Positions 10,247-22,127 of a DNA stretch of 64,000 nucleotides are shown here, piece by piece. The stretch covers positions 896,001 to 960,000 of the forward strand of contig CAVQBA010000004.1 of assembly GCA_963710605.1 (NCBI GenBank), given 5' to 3'. The notes under the pieces were generated by a model. That model saw only the letters and a program-made list of their open reading frames with translations, was not told where the DNA came from and did not search any database. Position 1 is the stretch's first letter; every line of letters begins with the position of its first letter. The DNA comes from an uncultured cyanobacterium (GTDB taxonomy: Bacteria; Cyanobacteriota; Cyanobacteriia; Cyanobacteriales; Cyanobacteriaceae). The translations under genes and the position numbers were made by a program.

Positions 10247-10312
10247 CAAGTCCCCAATCTTGGGGGATTTAGGGGGCTTTCTTTGTACTTCATAATGGTG
10301 ACAATTGCTATA
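10247..10312 (+). mobile_element. Partial MITE-like repeat (AAGTCCCC..GGGGGATTTAGGGGG..AATTGCTATA family)
   Basis: Right half resembles 62632..62700 and 57260..57326. Confidence 0.6.
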
Positions 10313-10337
10313 TACTCAATAATAAATTCAATTTAAT

Positions 10338-11165
10338 TTAAGTTAGTAATAATTGCATTTGTCGATCGATTTGGTTCAAATCATGATGATTAACTTGTTG
10401 TATTTGCTGTTTAACCGCTTTTGCTAAACAGTAAGCTAAATTACAAGGCACTGCATTACCAACCATCTTGTAACCAGCCGTTACATTGTTGTAATAGAAA
10501 ATATAATCGTCTGGAAACGTCTGAATTCTAGCACATTCTCTAACGCTTAAACGTCGATAAAGATGTTCGTAACTAGGTACAAAAATTCTTTTATCTTTTT
10601 CAACAAGTTTCATTTTAGGTGCTTGAGGATGAATAGGTGCGTGTCTTCCTCCTGCTTGGATTGTAAATGATGGCTCGTCCCAATTTCTAACTCTATTTCT
10701 AGACATATACATAGTTGAAAAACTACCAAGCATATATTCATGATTGGGAATTAAACAATTATTTCCATTGGTATGGTTATTATTTTTAGCTGGAATAATG
10801 TTATCTTTCAAATTCCAAATAACATCTTTTAAAACTATTTTATGAGATAAGCTATTAGGAAAATAAAATCTAATATTTAAATCATTTCTAATACCAACAA
10901 AAAAGACTCTTTTTCTTTCTTGAGGCACTCCATAATTAACAGCATTTAAAAGTTCAAAAGATAAAGTATATCCACTTTCAATAAATAATTTTTTAATATT
11001 ATTTAAAGCTGATTCGTGTCGTTTTGCTAACATTCCGCCAACATTTTCAGCTACAAAAAATAAAGGTTGCTTATCTCGTAAAACTCTAATAAATTCAAAA
11101 AATAATTGTCCTCTTTTATCTTCTATTCCTCTTAACGCTCCCGCTTCACTCCAACTTTGACAAGG
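10338..11165 (-). CDS. C5-cytosine DNA methyltransferase (M.HaeIII-like, predicted GGCC), C-terminal part after frameshift
   Basis: Frame open from PCQSWSEAG (11165) through [35 protein letters not shown]. Confidence 0.9.
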   Translation of the reverse strand, partial: PCQSWSEAGALRGIEDKRGQLFFEFIRVLRDKQPLFFVAENVGGMLAKRHESALNNIKKLFIESGYTLSFELLNAVNYGVPQERKRVFFVGIRNDLNIRFYFPNSLSHKIVLKDVIWNLKDNIIPAKNNNHTNGNNCLIPNHEYMLGSFSTMYMSRNRVRNWDEPSFTIQAGGRHAPIHPQAPKMKLVEKDKRIFVPSYEHLYRRLSVRECARIQTFPDDYIFYYNNVTAGYKMVGNAVPCNLAYCLAKAVKQQIQQVNHHDLNQIDRQMQLLLT

Positions 11166-12280
11166 AAGCCGCCGATAATTCCATCACAATCGGGAATATC
11201 TGATGAAGGAATATCTTTAATAGAACGTGTATCTAACTTTGTATTCGGAAAGTTACTTTCAAAAGTTTTCCAAATTTCTTTGTCATATTCGTTTGCCCAA
11301 ATTGTTTGAAAACCTGCGTTTTCAAAACCTTTATCTAATCCTCCAGCACCAGTAAATAAGGATACGATCGTATCTTTAGATTGATTTTGTTGACTTATTT
11401 TTTCATCTCTATTGTTACTAAAAATAAGTTTTTTATTATCTTCAAAACTAAAAGTAATAATTTTTGCGTCAATTAACTGAACAGGATTGTTAGGGTTTTT
11501 AATCTTGATATCTTTAACGATTAAAACTGACGATGATTCTATTTGACTTCGATTGAATTGTGGAAAAGATAAGTATTTATCCTTTCTCATGATCACGACC
11601 AATTCAAACTTACTAGTGTGAGTTTGGTTATATAAATAACTAAAGACTTTTTTAGGATTGGTAATACTCCACATTCCTCTGATTCTTAGATTAGTAATAC
11701 CTAAGGGGTCAACTTTATTTACTCTTCCTAATTCCTTAGTTTCGGCAAATTCAACATTAGGAATGCTTTTAATTCCTTGAGAAATAGTAGATTGAATTCT
11801 TTGATAAGTTTCTTTGTCGGCGGCGTAACAATCACCATAAACCATCCATAAAGTTTTTAAGCAATTATTAGATGTATAACCAACAGTATAAATAATATCT
11901 TTTTGGCTCCAATCCTCACAATCTCGACAAGCTTTAGTTATCATCGGACTGTTAGAATACAACTTTGCTTTTGGATATGAGCTATTTAATGCTAAGTCTG
12001 ATAATGGCGATTCTATTTTTTTGATTTCGATCGCATCACCATTTTTTAACATAAGATCAGGTGGGTTATTTTTATTACCCAAATAAGAATATGTCTTTTC
12101 TAATTTATTTAATCTAATTTGCTCATTTTTTTCTTCAATTGTATTAGCAAAAATATCTTGAATAAAAATTTCAAGACCTGTACCTATATTATTAATTCTA
12201 TTCCTACCTTTATAAAAATCGATAAGTTCAATAACTGGATGCTTAGTAATTGCGATACAGGCTTGCAAAATATTTGACAT
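11132..12280 (-). CDS. NgoPII-family restriction endonuclease fused in frame to the methyltransferase N-terminus
   Basis: REase motifs [48 protein letters not shown]; then linker and MTase motif [11 protein letters not shown]...DGIIGG. Confidence 0.85.
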   Translation of the reverse strand: MSNILQACIAITKHPVIELIDFYKGRNRINNIGTGLEIFIQDIFANTIEEKNEQIRLNKLEKTYSYLGNKNNPPDLMLKNGDAIEIKKIESPLSDLALNSSYPKAKLYSNSPMITKACRDCEDWSQKDIIYTVGYTSNNCLKTLWMVYGDCYAADKETYQRIQSTISQGIKSIPNVEFAETKELGRVNKVDPLGITNLRIRGMWSITNPKKVFSYLYNQTHTSKFELVVIMRKDKYLSFPQFNRSQIESSSVLIVKDIKIKNPNNPVQLIDAKIITFSFEDNKKLIFSNNRDEKISQQNQSKDTIVSLFTGAGGLDKGFENAGFQTIWANEYDKEIWKTFESNFPNTKLDTRSIKDIPSSDIPDCDGIIGGFLVKVGVKRER

Positions 12281-12397
12281 ATTTTATCAATTTATTTAAT
12301 TCTAACTACACTATTTTAATATGCTCAATATTTTTTGATTAATAAAGATTAGTAATGTCGAAATTTACTCACTTTCTTTAAATTTAAGAATAGAGAA

Positions 12398-12883
12398 TTA
12401 TTGTAAGGATGTATAAGCAAAAGTCACGTTAAACTCACGACACCAAATACCGATGGATTGAAAATCATCAAGATTAACATCATCACCAATTAAGTAACGT
12501 TGCCCACCAGCAAACTTCTCTAATTTAGCAACATTGATATAGTCTTTTTCTTTAATGTTATTTTCAACTTGAGAATCACGATGTAAAATAACAAATACAT
12601 CAGGACCATTAGGAGTGCTAAAATCAGAACTGAAAACAAGATAACGTTTACCATTTTCAGTAACTACATTAACTGTACCTGTAGTGGGTTGTTGTTTACC
12701 GACGGCAGTGAAAGTGTTTTTACTTTGAGTATTTTGGGCAATTACAATCTCGCTTGTCTGATTTGATAAATTAACCTCTTTTGCTTCTGATGGTAAAAAT
12801 GGGTTTAAAGCTAATCCTGTAGTGGAAACGAGTAATAATAAAGTAGATAGTTTGGTAACGGCTTGGTTGTTTAAAAATTTCAT
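12398..12883 (-). CDS. DM13 domain exported protein
   Basis: Signal peptide; GPDVFVIL, GGQRY, IWCREFNVTF. Confidence 0.85.
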   Translation of the reverse strand: MKFLNNQAVTKLSTLLLLVSTTGLALNPFLPSEAKEVNLSNQTSEIVIAQNTQSKNTFTAVGKQQPTTGTVNVVTENGKRYLVFSSDFSTPNGPDVFVILHRDSQVENNIKEKDYINVAKLEKFAGGQRYLIGDDVNLDDFQSIGIWCREFNVTFAYTSLQ

Positions 12884-13330
12884 TAGTGGAAAACTCCTTT
12901 TTTTTTGCTTAACTACTATTATTAAGTACCAACATTAAGAGTATCTATACAGTGACTGAAGGTTTGATGAGTAGTTTTGGCTTAAAAATGAAAAAAAGAT
13001 AGTATCAAGCTGAGTGATTTCTCAGTTAGAATAAAAGAAAGATAGTTAGGTGAATTGAGAATTGATAATTGAGAGTTGAGAATTGAGAATAAACTGGTTA
13101 TTACCTATTACCAAAAATTTATAGAGTATATGCCTTCCCTCAATTAGGGATAAAAAGAAAAATTTTCCTTTTACTCAATCTTCTTTTTTCAAAAAGAGGT
13201 GATTGTTAATTATACATACTTAGACATCGTTCAGTATAAATTATTCATTGCTAATTATTCATTGCTAATTGCTCATTGTTGAAGCTGTTTTTGTTTTCGG
13301 TTTAATTAACTATTATTTCTAATTAAGATT

Positions 13331-14503
13331 ATGAATACTTCTAATACCCCTAAGTCTAGTTTACAAATTCGTCCTTTACAATATCGTGATCTTAATGCGA
13401 TCGCTTTTTTATTAACTCAACGTTTAGAGACGGAGTACGATTACGCCCGAGCATCTTTACTCAAGAAAATACGCAAGTATCAAAGTTATTATGGGCTTTT
13501 ACAACTTTCTCATCTTGTGGGGGACAGTTTTAGTAAAGACTTATATCTATACATCGCTGAAAAAGACGAACAAGTACATGGCTTTATTGAAGTAAATCCT
13601 CATAATGCTAATCGTACAACTTGGAAAGTAGAACAAATTTTAGTTAATCACAATACTTCCTTAAGTCATTTACTCGTAGGTAGATGTAGCATCGGCTCAC
13701 AATTACTTAAATATTGCTTTGAGAAAATTTGGGAAGCTAGAACATGGATACTAGAAGTTAATATTAACGAAAAAAATACGATCGGGCTTTACCGTGAGAA
13801 TGGTTTTCAACCAATGGAACAAATTACCTATTGGGAATGTAGCTCAGAAATTTTACAATCTTTAGCGGTACAAGATACAAGTTTACCGAATCTATTACCG
13901 GTGAGTAATGCTGATAGTCGTTTGATTTATCAATTAGACTGTATGTGTCTGCCACCAATGTTAAGACAAATATTCGATCGACACGTAGAAGATTTTAAAT
14001 GTAGTTTGTGGCAATATTTGCAAGAAAAATTACAAGGATTATTACATCAAGTTGATACGGTTAGTGCTTATGTGTTTGAACCGCAAAGAAAAGCGGCGAT
14101 CGGTTATTTTAAATTAGAGGTATGTAAAGATGGTAGCCAATCTCACCAGGCAACCTTGCTCGTCCATCCTGCTTATACTTGGTTATACCCTAAATTACTC
14201 AGTAAAATGGCGGAATTAGTTAATCCTTTTCCTGCTCAGTCATTAATACTTTCCTCCGCAGATTATCAAACAGAAAGAGAAGAGTATTTAATTAACTTAG
14301 GTGCAACCAGAAAAGATCATAACTTATTTATGTCTCGCTCGGTATGGCATAAATTAAGAGAAGCAAAAACGATCGATTGGAGTTTACCAGAAGTATTAAA
14401 AGGCTTTAAACCAGCTCGTAGCCCTATTCCTACTCCTTGGACTAAATCTTATTGGAAGGAAGATTCAACGAACCCTAACAATAATTCATCAGAAAATAAT
14501 TAA
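13331..14503 (+). CDS. GNAT family N-acetyltransferase (conserved cyanobacterial)
   Basis: IRPLQYRDL, GSQLL, LYRENGFQP; tandem GNAT-like architecture. Confidence 0.8.
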   Translation: MNTSNTPKSSLQIRPLQYRDLNAIAFLLTQRLETEYDYARASLLKKIRKYQSYYGLLQLSHLVGDSFSKDLYLYIAEKDEQVHGFIEVNPHNANRTTWKVEQILVNHNTSLSHLLVGRCSIGSQLLKYCFEKIWEARTWILEVNINEKNTIGLYRENGFQPMEQITYWECSSEILQSLAVQDTSLPNLLPVSNADSRLIYQLDCMCLPPMLRQIFDRHVEDFKCSLWQYLQEKLQGLLHQVDTVSAYVFEPQRKAAIGYFKLEVCKDGSQSHQATLLVHPAYTWLYPKLLSKMAELVNPFPAQSLILSSADYQTEREEYLINLGATRKDHNLFMSRSVWHKLREAKTIDWSLPEVLKGFKPARSPIPTPWTKSYWKEDSTNPNNNSSENN

Positions 14504-14546
14504 GATGAGTTCGTAATTCGTAGTTAACTTTAGTTAATGTATCTGA

Positions 14547-14602
14547 TTAGCCTTGAACTTAAGTTCAAGGCTCAAATAAAGTCGTTCAATAAATTGAACT
14601 AA
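14547..14602 (+). repeat. REP-like dispersed repeat (AGCCTTGAAC..GTTCAAGGCT plus GTTCAAT..ATTGAAC hairpins)
   Basis: Related copies at ~31416-31468, 39667-39718 and 40496-40548. Confidence 0.65.
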
Positions 14603-14707
14603 GATTCTTGAAAACACGCTCGATCGTATTTGGCTATACAATTAGTAATTTAGTTAGATTAAGGTAGGTAATGCCCACCCTATTATTAATTAACTGTTTG
14701 CTATTGC

Positions 14708-15529
14708 TTATTTTTTTTTGCCTTTTGGGAAATAGTCAATTTCAGCAGTGCCATAAAAAACAAATTCTTTATTTTTTACCCTTGCTCGATCGACCCTTAA
14801 ACGAGTACCATCTAGTTTAAACTTTTCTAAGTCAAGTAGATTATTAACATGAGCTAAAATAGCTTTACTAACTTCTTGGGATTCTTCATCACCCTCATAC
14901 TCAGGGTTAGTAAACATAATTTTAGTTCTGTCTTTTACTTCTAATTCAGTTTTAATATTCATTTTCAGAACATTATCACTTTTACCCTTGGTAACATCTG
15001 ATTTAATCTTTAAAGATTTATCTTGATCTACAATAATTTGAGTATTACTAAAATTTAAGGGTTCTCCTTCATACTCAAGTTTTTGTAACTTCTCAACAAT
15101 AAAAGGCGTGTTAAACGAAGAAGTTAAATCTTCCTCTGTCAAAACAATCCTCATTGTAGCTTGGGTAGGCTGTTTTAATTTTACCTGACCTGTAAAAACG
15201 GCTCCTACATCGATCGATAAAGCTTGTAAATACAACTCCATCGCCTCAAGACGTAATCCATTGTACATCAGCAGTCCATTACCAACGAAATCTAAACCAT
15301 CGATACTGCCCTGTAACAACTTGGCTACAGGCTCTGCTTTTACATTTACGTTCATTGAGCCTGTTTTTTTAAACAAGGCTGAAATTGCCGTTGTAACTAC
15401 TTTACTGACGACTTGATCGCCACTTTGGCCGGAAAAGGGTAAACTACCAAACACAATTGCTGTCATCGCTAAGATTTTCAATTTACACTTATACATCTTA
15501 ACATTAAGAAATGTTAAATTGATAAGCAA
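14708..15529 (-). CDS. DUF2993 (LmeA-like) protein
   Basis: AEPVAKLLQGSIDG, LTEEDLTSSFN; true start probably at MTAIV. Confidence 0.75.
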   Translation of the reverse strand: MLINLTFLNVKMYKCKLKILAMTAIVFGSLPFSGQSGDQVVSKVVTTAISALFKKTGSMNVNVKAEPVAKLLQGSIDGLDFVGNGLLMYNGLRLEAMELYLQALSIDVGAVFTGQVKLKQPTQATMRIVLTEEDLTSSFNTPFIVEKLQKLEYEGEPLNFSNTQIIVDQDKSLKIKSDVTKGKSDNVLKMNIKTELEVKDRTKIMFTNPEYEGDEESQEVSKAILAHVNNLLDLEKFKLDGTRLRVDRARVKNKEFVFYGTAEIDYFPKGKKK

Positions 15530-15567
15530 TAATACTTATTTAATGATATGAATATTTTATCAAGAGC

Positions 15568-16734
15568 CTAATCTCTCGTTATAGAAAGAGCGAATCTTTG
15601 AGTTATTTGTTCCATAACCATTACCGTCCATTCTAAATCTTCTTGGGTGATCCGACAATCAAAACTTAGTCTAATTCCTCTAATTGCTTGTTGGGCAGAA
15701 TATCCCATCGCTGTCAAAACAGGTGAGGGTAGTGATTTACCACTATTACACGCACTACCTGCACTAATAGCAATACTGGCTAAATTTAATTCTCTGACCA
15801 TTTTTCTACCTGTCAAATCTTGGTTAGAATGATTAATCATAAAACTAGCATGATGAGGTAAACGTTGTTTTCTATCTCCTGTTAAAGATAACCAAGGGCA
15901 ACGACTCAAGGTTAAATCAATAAAATTATCTCTTAAACTAGTTAACTGTAGATATTCGCTCTTTAATTCTTTTTGTACCAAACTCGCCGCTAAACCCAAT
16001 GAAGCAATATTAGGTAGTGCTTGTGTCCCTGCTCGTAATCCTAATTCTTGTCCTCCTCCTCGTAACCAAGGTTCAATTTTTGTTTTTGGTTTGATATATA
16101 AAGCCCCTGCCCCTTGTATTGAGTGAAATTTATGTCCAGACAAAGAAAGTAAATCTACCCCCAAACTTTGAACATCGATCGGTAAACGTCCGACTGTTTG
16201 TACTGCATCAGTATGAAACAATGCACGGCTATTTTCTTTAGTAACTTGAACTAATCGTTCAATTGGTTGAATTGTACCTACTTCACTTTGCCCATGAATA
16301 ATTGAGACAAGTACTGTATTTTCTTGTAAAGATGCTTGCAAATCAGTAGGATTGACTTTACCATAACGATCGACCTTGAGGCGAGTAACTTGCCACCCTT
16401 TTTTTTCCAATTGTTTGACAGGAGCGGAAACACCAGAATGTTCTACACTTGAGATAATAATATGTTGTGGTTGATCGTATTGTTGAGTAACACCAAAAAT
16501 TGCCAAATTATCAGCTTCAGTGCCACCACTTGTAAAAACGATCGATTGACTATCCACCGCATTAAGTAAAGAAGCTACCTGAATACGAGCAGTTTCCACC
16601 GTCATAGTAGCTCTTTCTCCTGCAAAATGTAAACTAGAAGGATTACCCCACTCCTTAGTCAATATAGTTTGTAATAATTCCACCACTTCCGAGCGTGGAG
16701 CGGTTGTAGCACAAGAATCAAGATAAATTTGCAT
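15568..16734 (-). CDS. iscS: Cysteine desulfurase (IscS/NifS-like)
   Basis: YLDSCATT, GNPSSLH, FTSGGTEADN, HTDAVQ, SGHKF, SAGSAC. Confidence 0.9.
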   Translation of the reverse strand: MQIYLDSCATTAPRSEVVELLQTILTKEWGNPSSLHFAGERATMTVETARIQVASLLNAVDSQSIVFTSGGTEADNLAIFGVTQQYDQPQHIIISSVEHSGVSAPVKQLEKKGWQVTRLKVDRYGKVNPTDLQASLQENTVLVSIIHGQSEVGTIQPIERLVQVTKENSRALFHTDAVQTVGRLPIDVQSLGVDLLSLSGHKFHSIQGAGALYIKPKTKIEPWLRGGGQELGLRAGTQALPNIASLGLAASLVQKELKSEYLQLTSLRDNFIDLTLSRCPWLSLTGDRKQRLPHHASFMINHSNQDLTGRKMVRELNLASIAISAGSACNSGKSLPSPVLTAMGYSAQQAIRGIRLSFDCRITQEDLEWTVMVMEQITQRFALSITRD

Positions 16735-16744
16735 TCACAGTTAG

Positions 16745-16827
16745 TTAAAAGTTAAAAGTTAAAAGTTAAGAGTTAAGAGTTAAAAGTTAAAAATTATTCT
16801 CAATTCTCAATTCTCAATTCTCAATTC
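16745..16827. repeat. Heptamer short tandem repeats (TTAAAAG)n and (TTCTCAA)n
   Basis: Visible tandem 7-mers. Similar arrays near 3909, 5798, 8002, 13054, 18122, 38179, 41177, 44298, 44391, 50003 and 50057. Confidence 0.85.
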
Positions 16828-17832
16828 TCCATTCCCCAATCCTACTTTACCAATTTGTGTTGCTTCTAGTCCATACTTACTAAAATGTTCGATCGTCGAT
16901 GAAGCCTCACTTGAGTCAACTATCACCACAAAACCAACACCCATATTAAAAGTATTAAGCATTGCATCTCGATCGACATTACCAGTTTGAGCTAACCAAG
17001 TAAATATTGGCGGAATTTTCCAACTATCGTTAATAATCTCCAAAGATTTACCTTCAGGTAAACAACGAGGTAAATTTTCAGGTAATCCTCCTCCAGTAAT
17101 ATGTGCCATCGCTTTGATATTTAATCCAGATTTTAAAGCAGATAAAACAGGTTTGACATAAAGTTGAGTCGGAGTAAGACATTCATCACCTAAACTTTTA
17201 CCACCTAACTCTGCTGGTTGGTAATCCCAATCTAGATTTGCTTGTTCAATTATTTTACGTACCAAGGAAAAACCATTACTATGAATTCCACTACTAGGCA
17301 AGGCAATGGCTACATTACCAATATCAACTTGACTACCATCAATAATTTTACTTTTTTCAACTATCCCGACACAAAAACCCGCTAAATCATATTCTCCTTG
17401 CTGATAAAAACCGGGCATTTCTGCTGTTTCGCCACCAAGTAAAGCACATCCACTTTCTTTACAACCATCAACAATACCATTAACTACTTGTGCTAACTGA
17501 TTACTATTTAATTTACCTGTAGCTAAATAATCGAGAAAAAATAATGGCTCAGCACCACTGGTTAAAATATCATTGACACACATCGCTACTAAATCTATAC
17601 CAACAGTGTCATGTTTATCTAATTGATGAGCAATCTTTAATTTCGTGCCTACTCCATCCGTGCCTGAAACTAAAACAGGTTGAGTATAGCCTGTGGGAAT
17701 CTCAAAGCAACCACCAAAGCCACCTAATCCACCTAATACTCCCTGACGATAAGTGCTGGCAACTCGATCGCTTATTTTACTAACAAATTCTCTTCCTGCT
17801 TCAACATCCACTCCTGCTTGTTTGTAATCCAT
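16807..17832 (-). CDS. purM: Phosphoribosylformylglycinamidine cyclo-ligase
   Basis: [44 protein letters not shown]. Confidence 0.97.
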   Translation of the reverse strand: MDYKQAGVDVEAGREFVSKISDRVASTYRQGVLGGLGGFGGCFEIPTGYTQPVLVSGTDGVGTKLKIAHQLDKHDTVGIDLVAMCVNDILTSGAEPLFFLDYLATGKLNSNQLAQVVNGIVDGCKESGCALLGGETAEMPGFYQQGEYDLAGFCVGIVEKSKIIDGSQVDIGNVAIALPSSGIHSNGFSLVRKIIEQANLDWDYQPAELGGKSLGDECLTPTQLYVKPVLSALKSGLNIKAMAHITGGGLPENLPRCLPEGKSLEIINDSWKIPPIFTWLAQTGNVDRDAMLNTFNMGVGFVVIVDSSEASSTIEHFSKYGLEATQIGKVGLGNGELRIEN

Positions 17833-18433
17833 TCTCTGAATAACTCCTTTTCCAGCTTTAATAACTATTTACAATATTATGAATTTTAACCTTTAATATG
17901 ATCAATTTTTCTTATCAATAGTTCGTAAATTAAGTGGATTAAATTAAGAAAATACTTGACAAATAAATCACGAGCGATCTTTTTTAACGCTATTTGATAA
18001 CTTATGAGTCGATCGATAAAAACAATAAGACATTATTGATCATAAAATCAAAGGTTTCAAGTCTTGCCTTTTAAGGCGTTGTTGATTTTGGTGGTCGTTT
18101 CAAACTACTTTTATTTATTACCTTTGCCCTTTGCCCTCTGCCCTTTGCCCTTTGTTGACGATCGATTAGTTTTATTTAACTGTTTTCAACAATTTAAAAT
18201 TAAACAGCCTTTTACTATAACACCGTTTGATTAGTGATCAACTCAATGTTAAAGAAACAAAATTGAACAGCAAATTTAGATAAGAAATACTTTAGTTTAC
18301 TCAAAAATTATCATGTTACCTTGAATAGGGTTTGCAAACCAATGACTTTAATTTCAAAAAAAGAACCAGTAAAAGCCGAATTATTGAAACGGTACTCACA
18401 ATTTTAGGATTACCAAAAAAATACAGATTCATT

Positions 18434-19351
18434 ATGAGTAAAAAAACTTATCAAAATATTGTTACCTCTGCTCTTACCGCAGTAATTGGATTAAGTCTAA
18501 ACTACACATCATTAATCGCTACAGCAAGTGCCGAAAATTTACAAACCGACGAAAATAAGACTGTTGTTTCCCCTACACCAGAAGACTCATTAGCTGTCAA
18601 ACATATTGAACAAAATTTTCTTGAAACCAAGCTATATCAACATCAATGGCAAGGTAAAAACGTTGTTACTTTACAATTCAAGAGTATTCCTTTATTTACC
18701 TTCATCTCTACTCCTGAGTCTGATGCAGTTGAACAAGCGACAAAAGTAGCACAACAATTAGAACAATTGAGCCAAGAATCGATCGATGCTACTAATATTT
18801 TAGTTGAATGGAATGACAAAACCAAAGATTATTCAGTGAAATACGAAGAGCAAGAGTTAATCAGAGTCAACAAACTTGTTCGTTTACCTGATAGTAAAAA
18901 TAATTTATCTCAAGACGCACTACAAGCAACAAATCGCTTACGTCGTTTGCTGGGTAATGCTGAGCCTTTAACTAAAATAAAAGGAGAGCCGAAAAAAGTA
19001 ATTGCCAAAAAAGCGAATACAACTCGGATTAAAAACGTTGCGAGAAGGAATGTCGGTCGATCGTATAGAGGTCAAGCTTCTTGGTATGGCCCTGGGTTTC
19101 ATGGGCGTAGAACGGCTAACGGTGAAGTATTTAATCAAAATGCGATGACAGCCGCTCATAAGACATTGCCTTTTGGTACTAAAGTTCAGGTGACTAATTT
19201 ACGTAATGGTCGTTCTGTTGTAGTTAGAATAAACGATCGAGGTCCTTTCACTCGTGGTCGAATTGTGGACTTATCAGCAGGTGCGGCACGTGTTATTGGG
19301 CTAAAAAGTAGCGGTATTGCTCCTGTAAAAGTTGAAGTTTTAAGACGTTAA
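18434..19351 (+). CDS. rlpA: Septal ring lytic transglycosylase RlpA family protein
   Basis: [33 protein letters not shown]; likely start MSKK at 18434. Confidence 0.9.
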   Translation: MSKKTYQNIVTSALTAVIGLSLNYTSLIATASAENLQTDENKTVVSPTPEDSLAVKHIEQNFLETKLYQHQWQGKNVVTLQFKSIPLFTFISTPESDAVEQATKVAQQLEQLSQESIDATNILVEWNDKTKDYSVKYEEQELIRVNKLVRLPDSKNNLSQDALQATNRLRRLLGNAEPLTKIKGEPKKVIAKKANTTRIKNVARRNVGRSYRGQASWYGPGFHGRRTANGEVFNQNAMTAAHKTLPFGTKVQVTNLRNGRSVVVRINDRGPFTRGRIVDLSAGAARVIGLKSSGIAPVKVEVLRR

Positions 19352-19480
19352 AAATATAATTTCAGATAAAAAAATTCAACCACCCCTGACCCCTCCTTCA
19401 AAAGGAGGGGAAGTAGATGTAGCTAGATTTCGATCGTATTTTATTGAGTTTCGTATTCTAAAGACGATCGTAACTATATC

Positions 19481-19634
19481 GTAGGTTGGGTTGAAGTAAT
19501 GAAACCCAACGTTTAAAATTAAAATGTGTATCACGATCTATCTAGTTAATATTTCGATCGTCTGAATGTTGGGTTTCGCATGACAAAACGATCGTAACTA
19601 TTACTCCAAATTTTAAAGGCTCAACCCAACCTAC
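19481..19634. repeat. GTAG-type REP doublet (inverted pair)
   Basis: GTAGGTTGGGTTG..AAACCCAAC ... GTTGGGTTTC..CAACCCAACCTAC. Confidence 0.8.
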
Positions 19635-20446
19635 TTTTTATTTAGATTATCTAAAAAGCTGAGAGGATTACTCATATTTTCCGCAAAACCGAGGATACCT
19701 TTATCTTGATGTTGATAGATTAGTTCTCCTTCAGAATTGAATAAAAAAGTTGCTCCTCTTTGAGTTAGAAAACGATCGTCGGGTACATACGTTTGCCAAT
19801 TTGGTAAAACTTCTAACATATTTTGTAACCGTAAAGTCGCTAATTCAAACGGGCGTTGATAATCTTTACCGACAGTCTTAAATAATGAGCCTTTAATTGA
19901 GGGAAAAAATTTGAGGTTAATTTCTTCTTCTGAATCAAACAATTGTGGTGCATTTTTGTCGCCTTTATAACCTCGAAATACTTCTTTGAGAGTACCTTTA
20001 CTACCAATTCCTGCACACATCAACATCAAATTTAACCAAGCATTTTGCCCGTCATCAAGAAAAGGCAAACGCCAATCTAAACCTTGATAGAGATTTAATT
20101 GTTGATGGATTGAAGCGGTTGGGTCAATATATAAGTGTTCGGTAGGAAAATTGGTATATTCACAAAACTTTCGTCCTGATGTTAAATTACCGATTGCGAT
20201 CGCTTTAACTTTAATATTTTTAGCTTGAAGTTTATCTGCTTGTTTATTTAACCACCAAGCATATTCTAAAGTATCAAAATCTCCTAGTTGCGACCAAATT
20301 AAAACTAAGGTATTTTTCTGAATCGATCGATCTTCGGGCGAGATAATTAGACTTTGTTTTCCATCACTAACCCTTTGTTTTGTAGTGGTAATAAAAATAG
20401 AATAAGGATCGATTTTTTCAGATGAATTATTTAAAGTAGTTGTCAT
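19631..20446 (-). CDS. Peroxiredoxin-like AhpC/TSA-2 family protein
   Basis: QLGDFDTLEYA, MCAGIGS, RPFELATLRL, TQRGATF; likely start MTTT at 20446. Confidence 0.8.
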   Translation of the reverse strand: MTTTLNNSSEKIDPYSIFITTTKQRVSDGKQSLIISPEDRSIQKNTLVLIWSQLGDFDTLEYAWWLNKQADKLQAKNIKVKAIAIGNLTSGRKFCEYTNFPTEHLYIDPTASIHQQLNLYQGLDWRLPFLDDGQNAWLNLMLMCAGIGSKGTLKEVFRGYKGDKNAPQLFDSEEEINLKFFPSIKGSLFKTVGKDYQRPFELATLRLQNMLEVLPNWQTYVPDDRFLTQRGATFLFNSEGELIYQHQDKGILGFAENMSNPLSFLDNLNKK

Positions 20447-20568
20447 TTGATGATTGATAATTATTTTTTGGTGTTTAGTCTTGATATTATAGTTACAGCA
20501 ATCCTGCAAATATTGTTTGGTGGCTTGGTATTGAAACACATTTATTTTTTTATTTTAATCAAACTTTC

Positions 20569-21138
20569 ATGCTTATCGATAAAAATAGTAATTATTCACA
20601 ATTAGAACAGTTATTAAAAAAATACAACATAGATACTAGCAAATGGTGTCATCAGCAAGGAAATAAAACGATCGAACAGTTGCTAATAGAAATTAAAGCA
20701 GGAGAATCCACCCTTAAACTAGTCGAGAAAAAACTAGTCAGAGTTGTTCGAGTTGCCTCGATGAAAGTTAAATTTCAGCTAGGCGATAATTGTTTTCAAC
20801 TGATTGAAGACAAACAAATATTTTTTACAGGCAAAGTGAGAAAAAGAGAATTAGTTACTATTACCGAAAAAATAAAACATGGAGAAAAACCAATTGAAGG
20901 TGCATATAGAGGTTTAGCTGAAGAAATTGGTTTATCTCTAAATGAAGGTTTAATGCTCGAAAATGAATCTCGTTGGCAAAATATTTCACCTAGTTATCCT
21001 AATTTAATTAGTGTTTATAATGTTTTTAATTACTCGATCGTATTAGGTAAAGACGATCTGAAAAAAATTAGATTCTCTGAATATCAAGAAGAAGAAGAAA
21101 TGGTCAATCTTTATACCCTTATACCCTGTGAGAGTTGA
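20569..21138 (+). CDS. Hypothetical protein with a NUDIX-like box
   Basis: GEKPIEGAYRGLAEEIG resembles a Nudix box; SPSYP motif. Confidence 0.6.
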   Translation: MLIDKNSNYSQLEQLLKKYNIDTSKWCHQQGNKTIEQLLIEIKAGESTLKLVEKKLVRVVRVASMKVKFQLGDNCFQLIEDKQIFFTGKVRKRELVTITEKIKHGEKPIEGAYRGLAEEIGLSLNEGLMLENESRWQNISPSYPNLISVYNVFNYSIVLGKDDLKKIRFSEYQEEEEMVNLYTLIPCES

Positions 21139-21346
21139 GCTAATAAATACATTTCGCAGTTTTTTTTAAGTATTCTTCTGAATATAATTCGATGTCAGTA
21201 ATGATCATACAAATTGTAGTTGAATTAATTAAACGAATTTCCTTAGTCTTGAATGAGAATTCAAAGCAGGTTTAAGACTAAACTGAAGATGAAAAATAAA
21301 TAAAGTATTGATTATTGATTATTGCAATAATGGTGACTAAACGATC

Positions 21347-22063
21347 GTGATAAATGGTAAAAAGTTAGTATCTCTTACTGCCAAAGTATTTCCTGATGCA
21401 GTTTTCTGCCAAAAAATAAAAACTCAAGCTAAAATTATCGCTTTAACTATTGATGATGTACCAGCTAGAGACGATGATAAGGATATATCAACACAAAAAA
21501 TAATAGAAGTCATTGAGCAACATAATCAAAAAGTTGGCACTAACTTTAAAGTAACTTTTTTTGTGACTACCAATCACTTGAGTAAGAATTCTACCATTGT
21601 TGAGAAGATGGCTGAAAAAGGACATGAAATAGGTAATCACGGTAAGTGCGATTGTCGTCACGCTGATTTATCTGCACAACAGTTTGAAGCTGAATTTATC
21701 ACAGCACACCAAATCTTACAGGAAAAAATTAGCCAACCTATTCGCTGGTTTCGTCCTGCCCAAGGCTTTTATAATCACAATATGATTCAGACTCTCAAAA
21801 ATAAAGGGCGACAATTAAATTATCACGATCGATTTGCTCTTGCTTCGATGATTCCTTTTGACACTCGTGAAATATTAGACAACCCTCAATTTACCTTGCA
21901 AAATATCGATCGATTCACATTTTCTGGCTCAATTCTTGTTTTACATGGAGGGTTTAAATATCAAGCTTTGAATACGGTAAAAGTATTAGAAATGTTATTG
22001 CCTCAGTTACATAGTAAAGGATATCAATTAGTTACTCTTTCTGAATTATTTGCAGTTGAATAA
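21347..22063 (+). CDS. Polysaccharide deacetylase (CE4)
   Basis: LTIDD, TFFV, HEIGNHG, WFRP, ILVLH motifs. Confidence 0.85.
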   Translation: MINGKKLVSLTAKVFPDAVFCQKIKTQAKIIALTIDDVPARDDDKDISTQKIIEVIEQHNQKVGTNFKVTFFVTTNHLSKNSTIVEKMAEKGHEIGNHGKCDCRHADLSAQQFEAEFITAHQILQEKISQPIRWFRPAQGFYNHNMIQTLKNKGRQLNYHDRFALASMIPFDTREILDNPQFTLQNIDRFTFSGSILVLHGGFKYQALNTVKVLEMLLPQLHSKGYQLVTLSELFAVE

Positions 22064-22127
22064 ACTTGTAATTATATTTAACGATCGTAATTTAGATGTA
22101 TAGCTATTTTCCGTAACTAAAAAAAAG

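Noticed and set aside
11365-11370. CGATCG at the REase/MTase boundary as a fusion scar
   Set aside because: The second MTase has CGATCG at the equivalent codons (33261), so it is explained by x-Ile-(Val/Glu) coding and general HIP1 enrichment.
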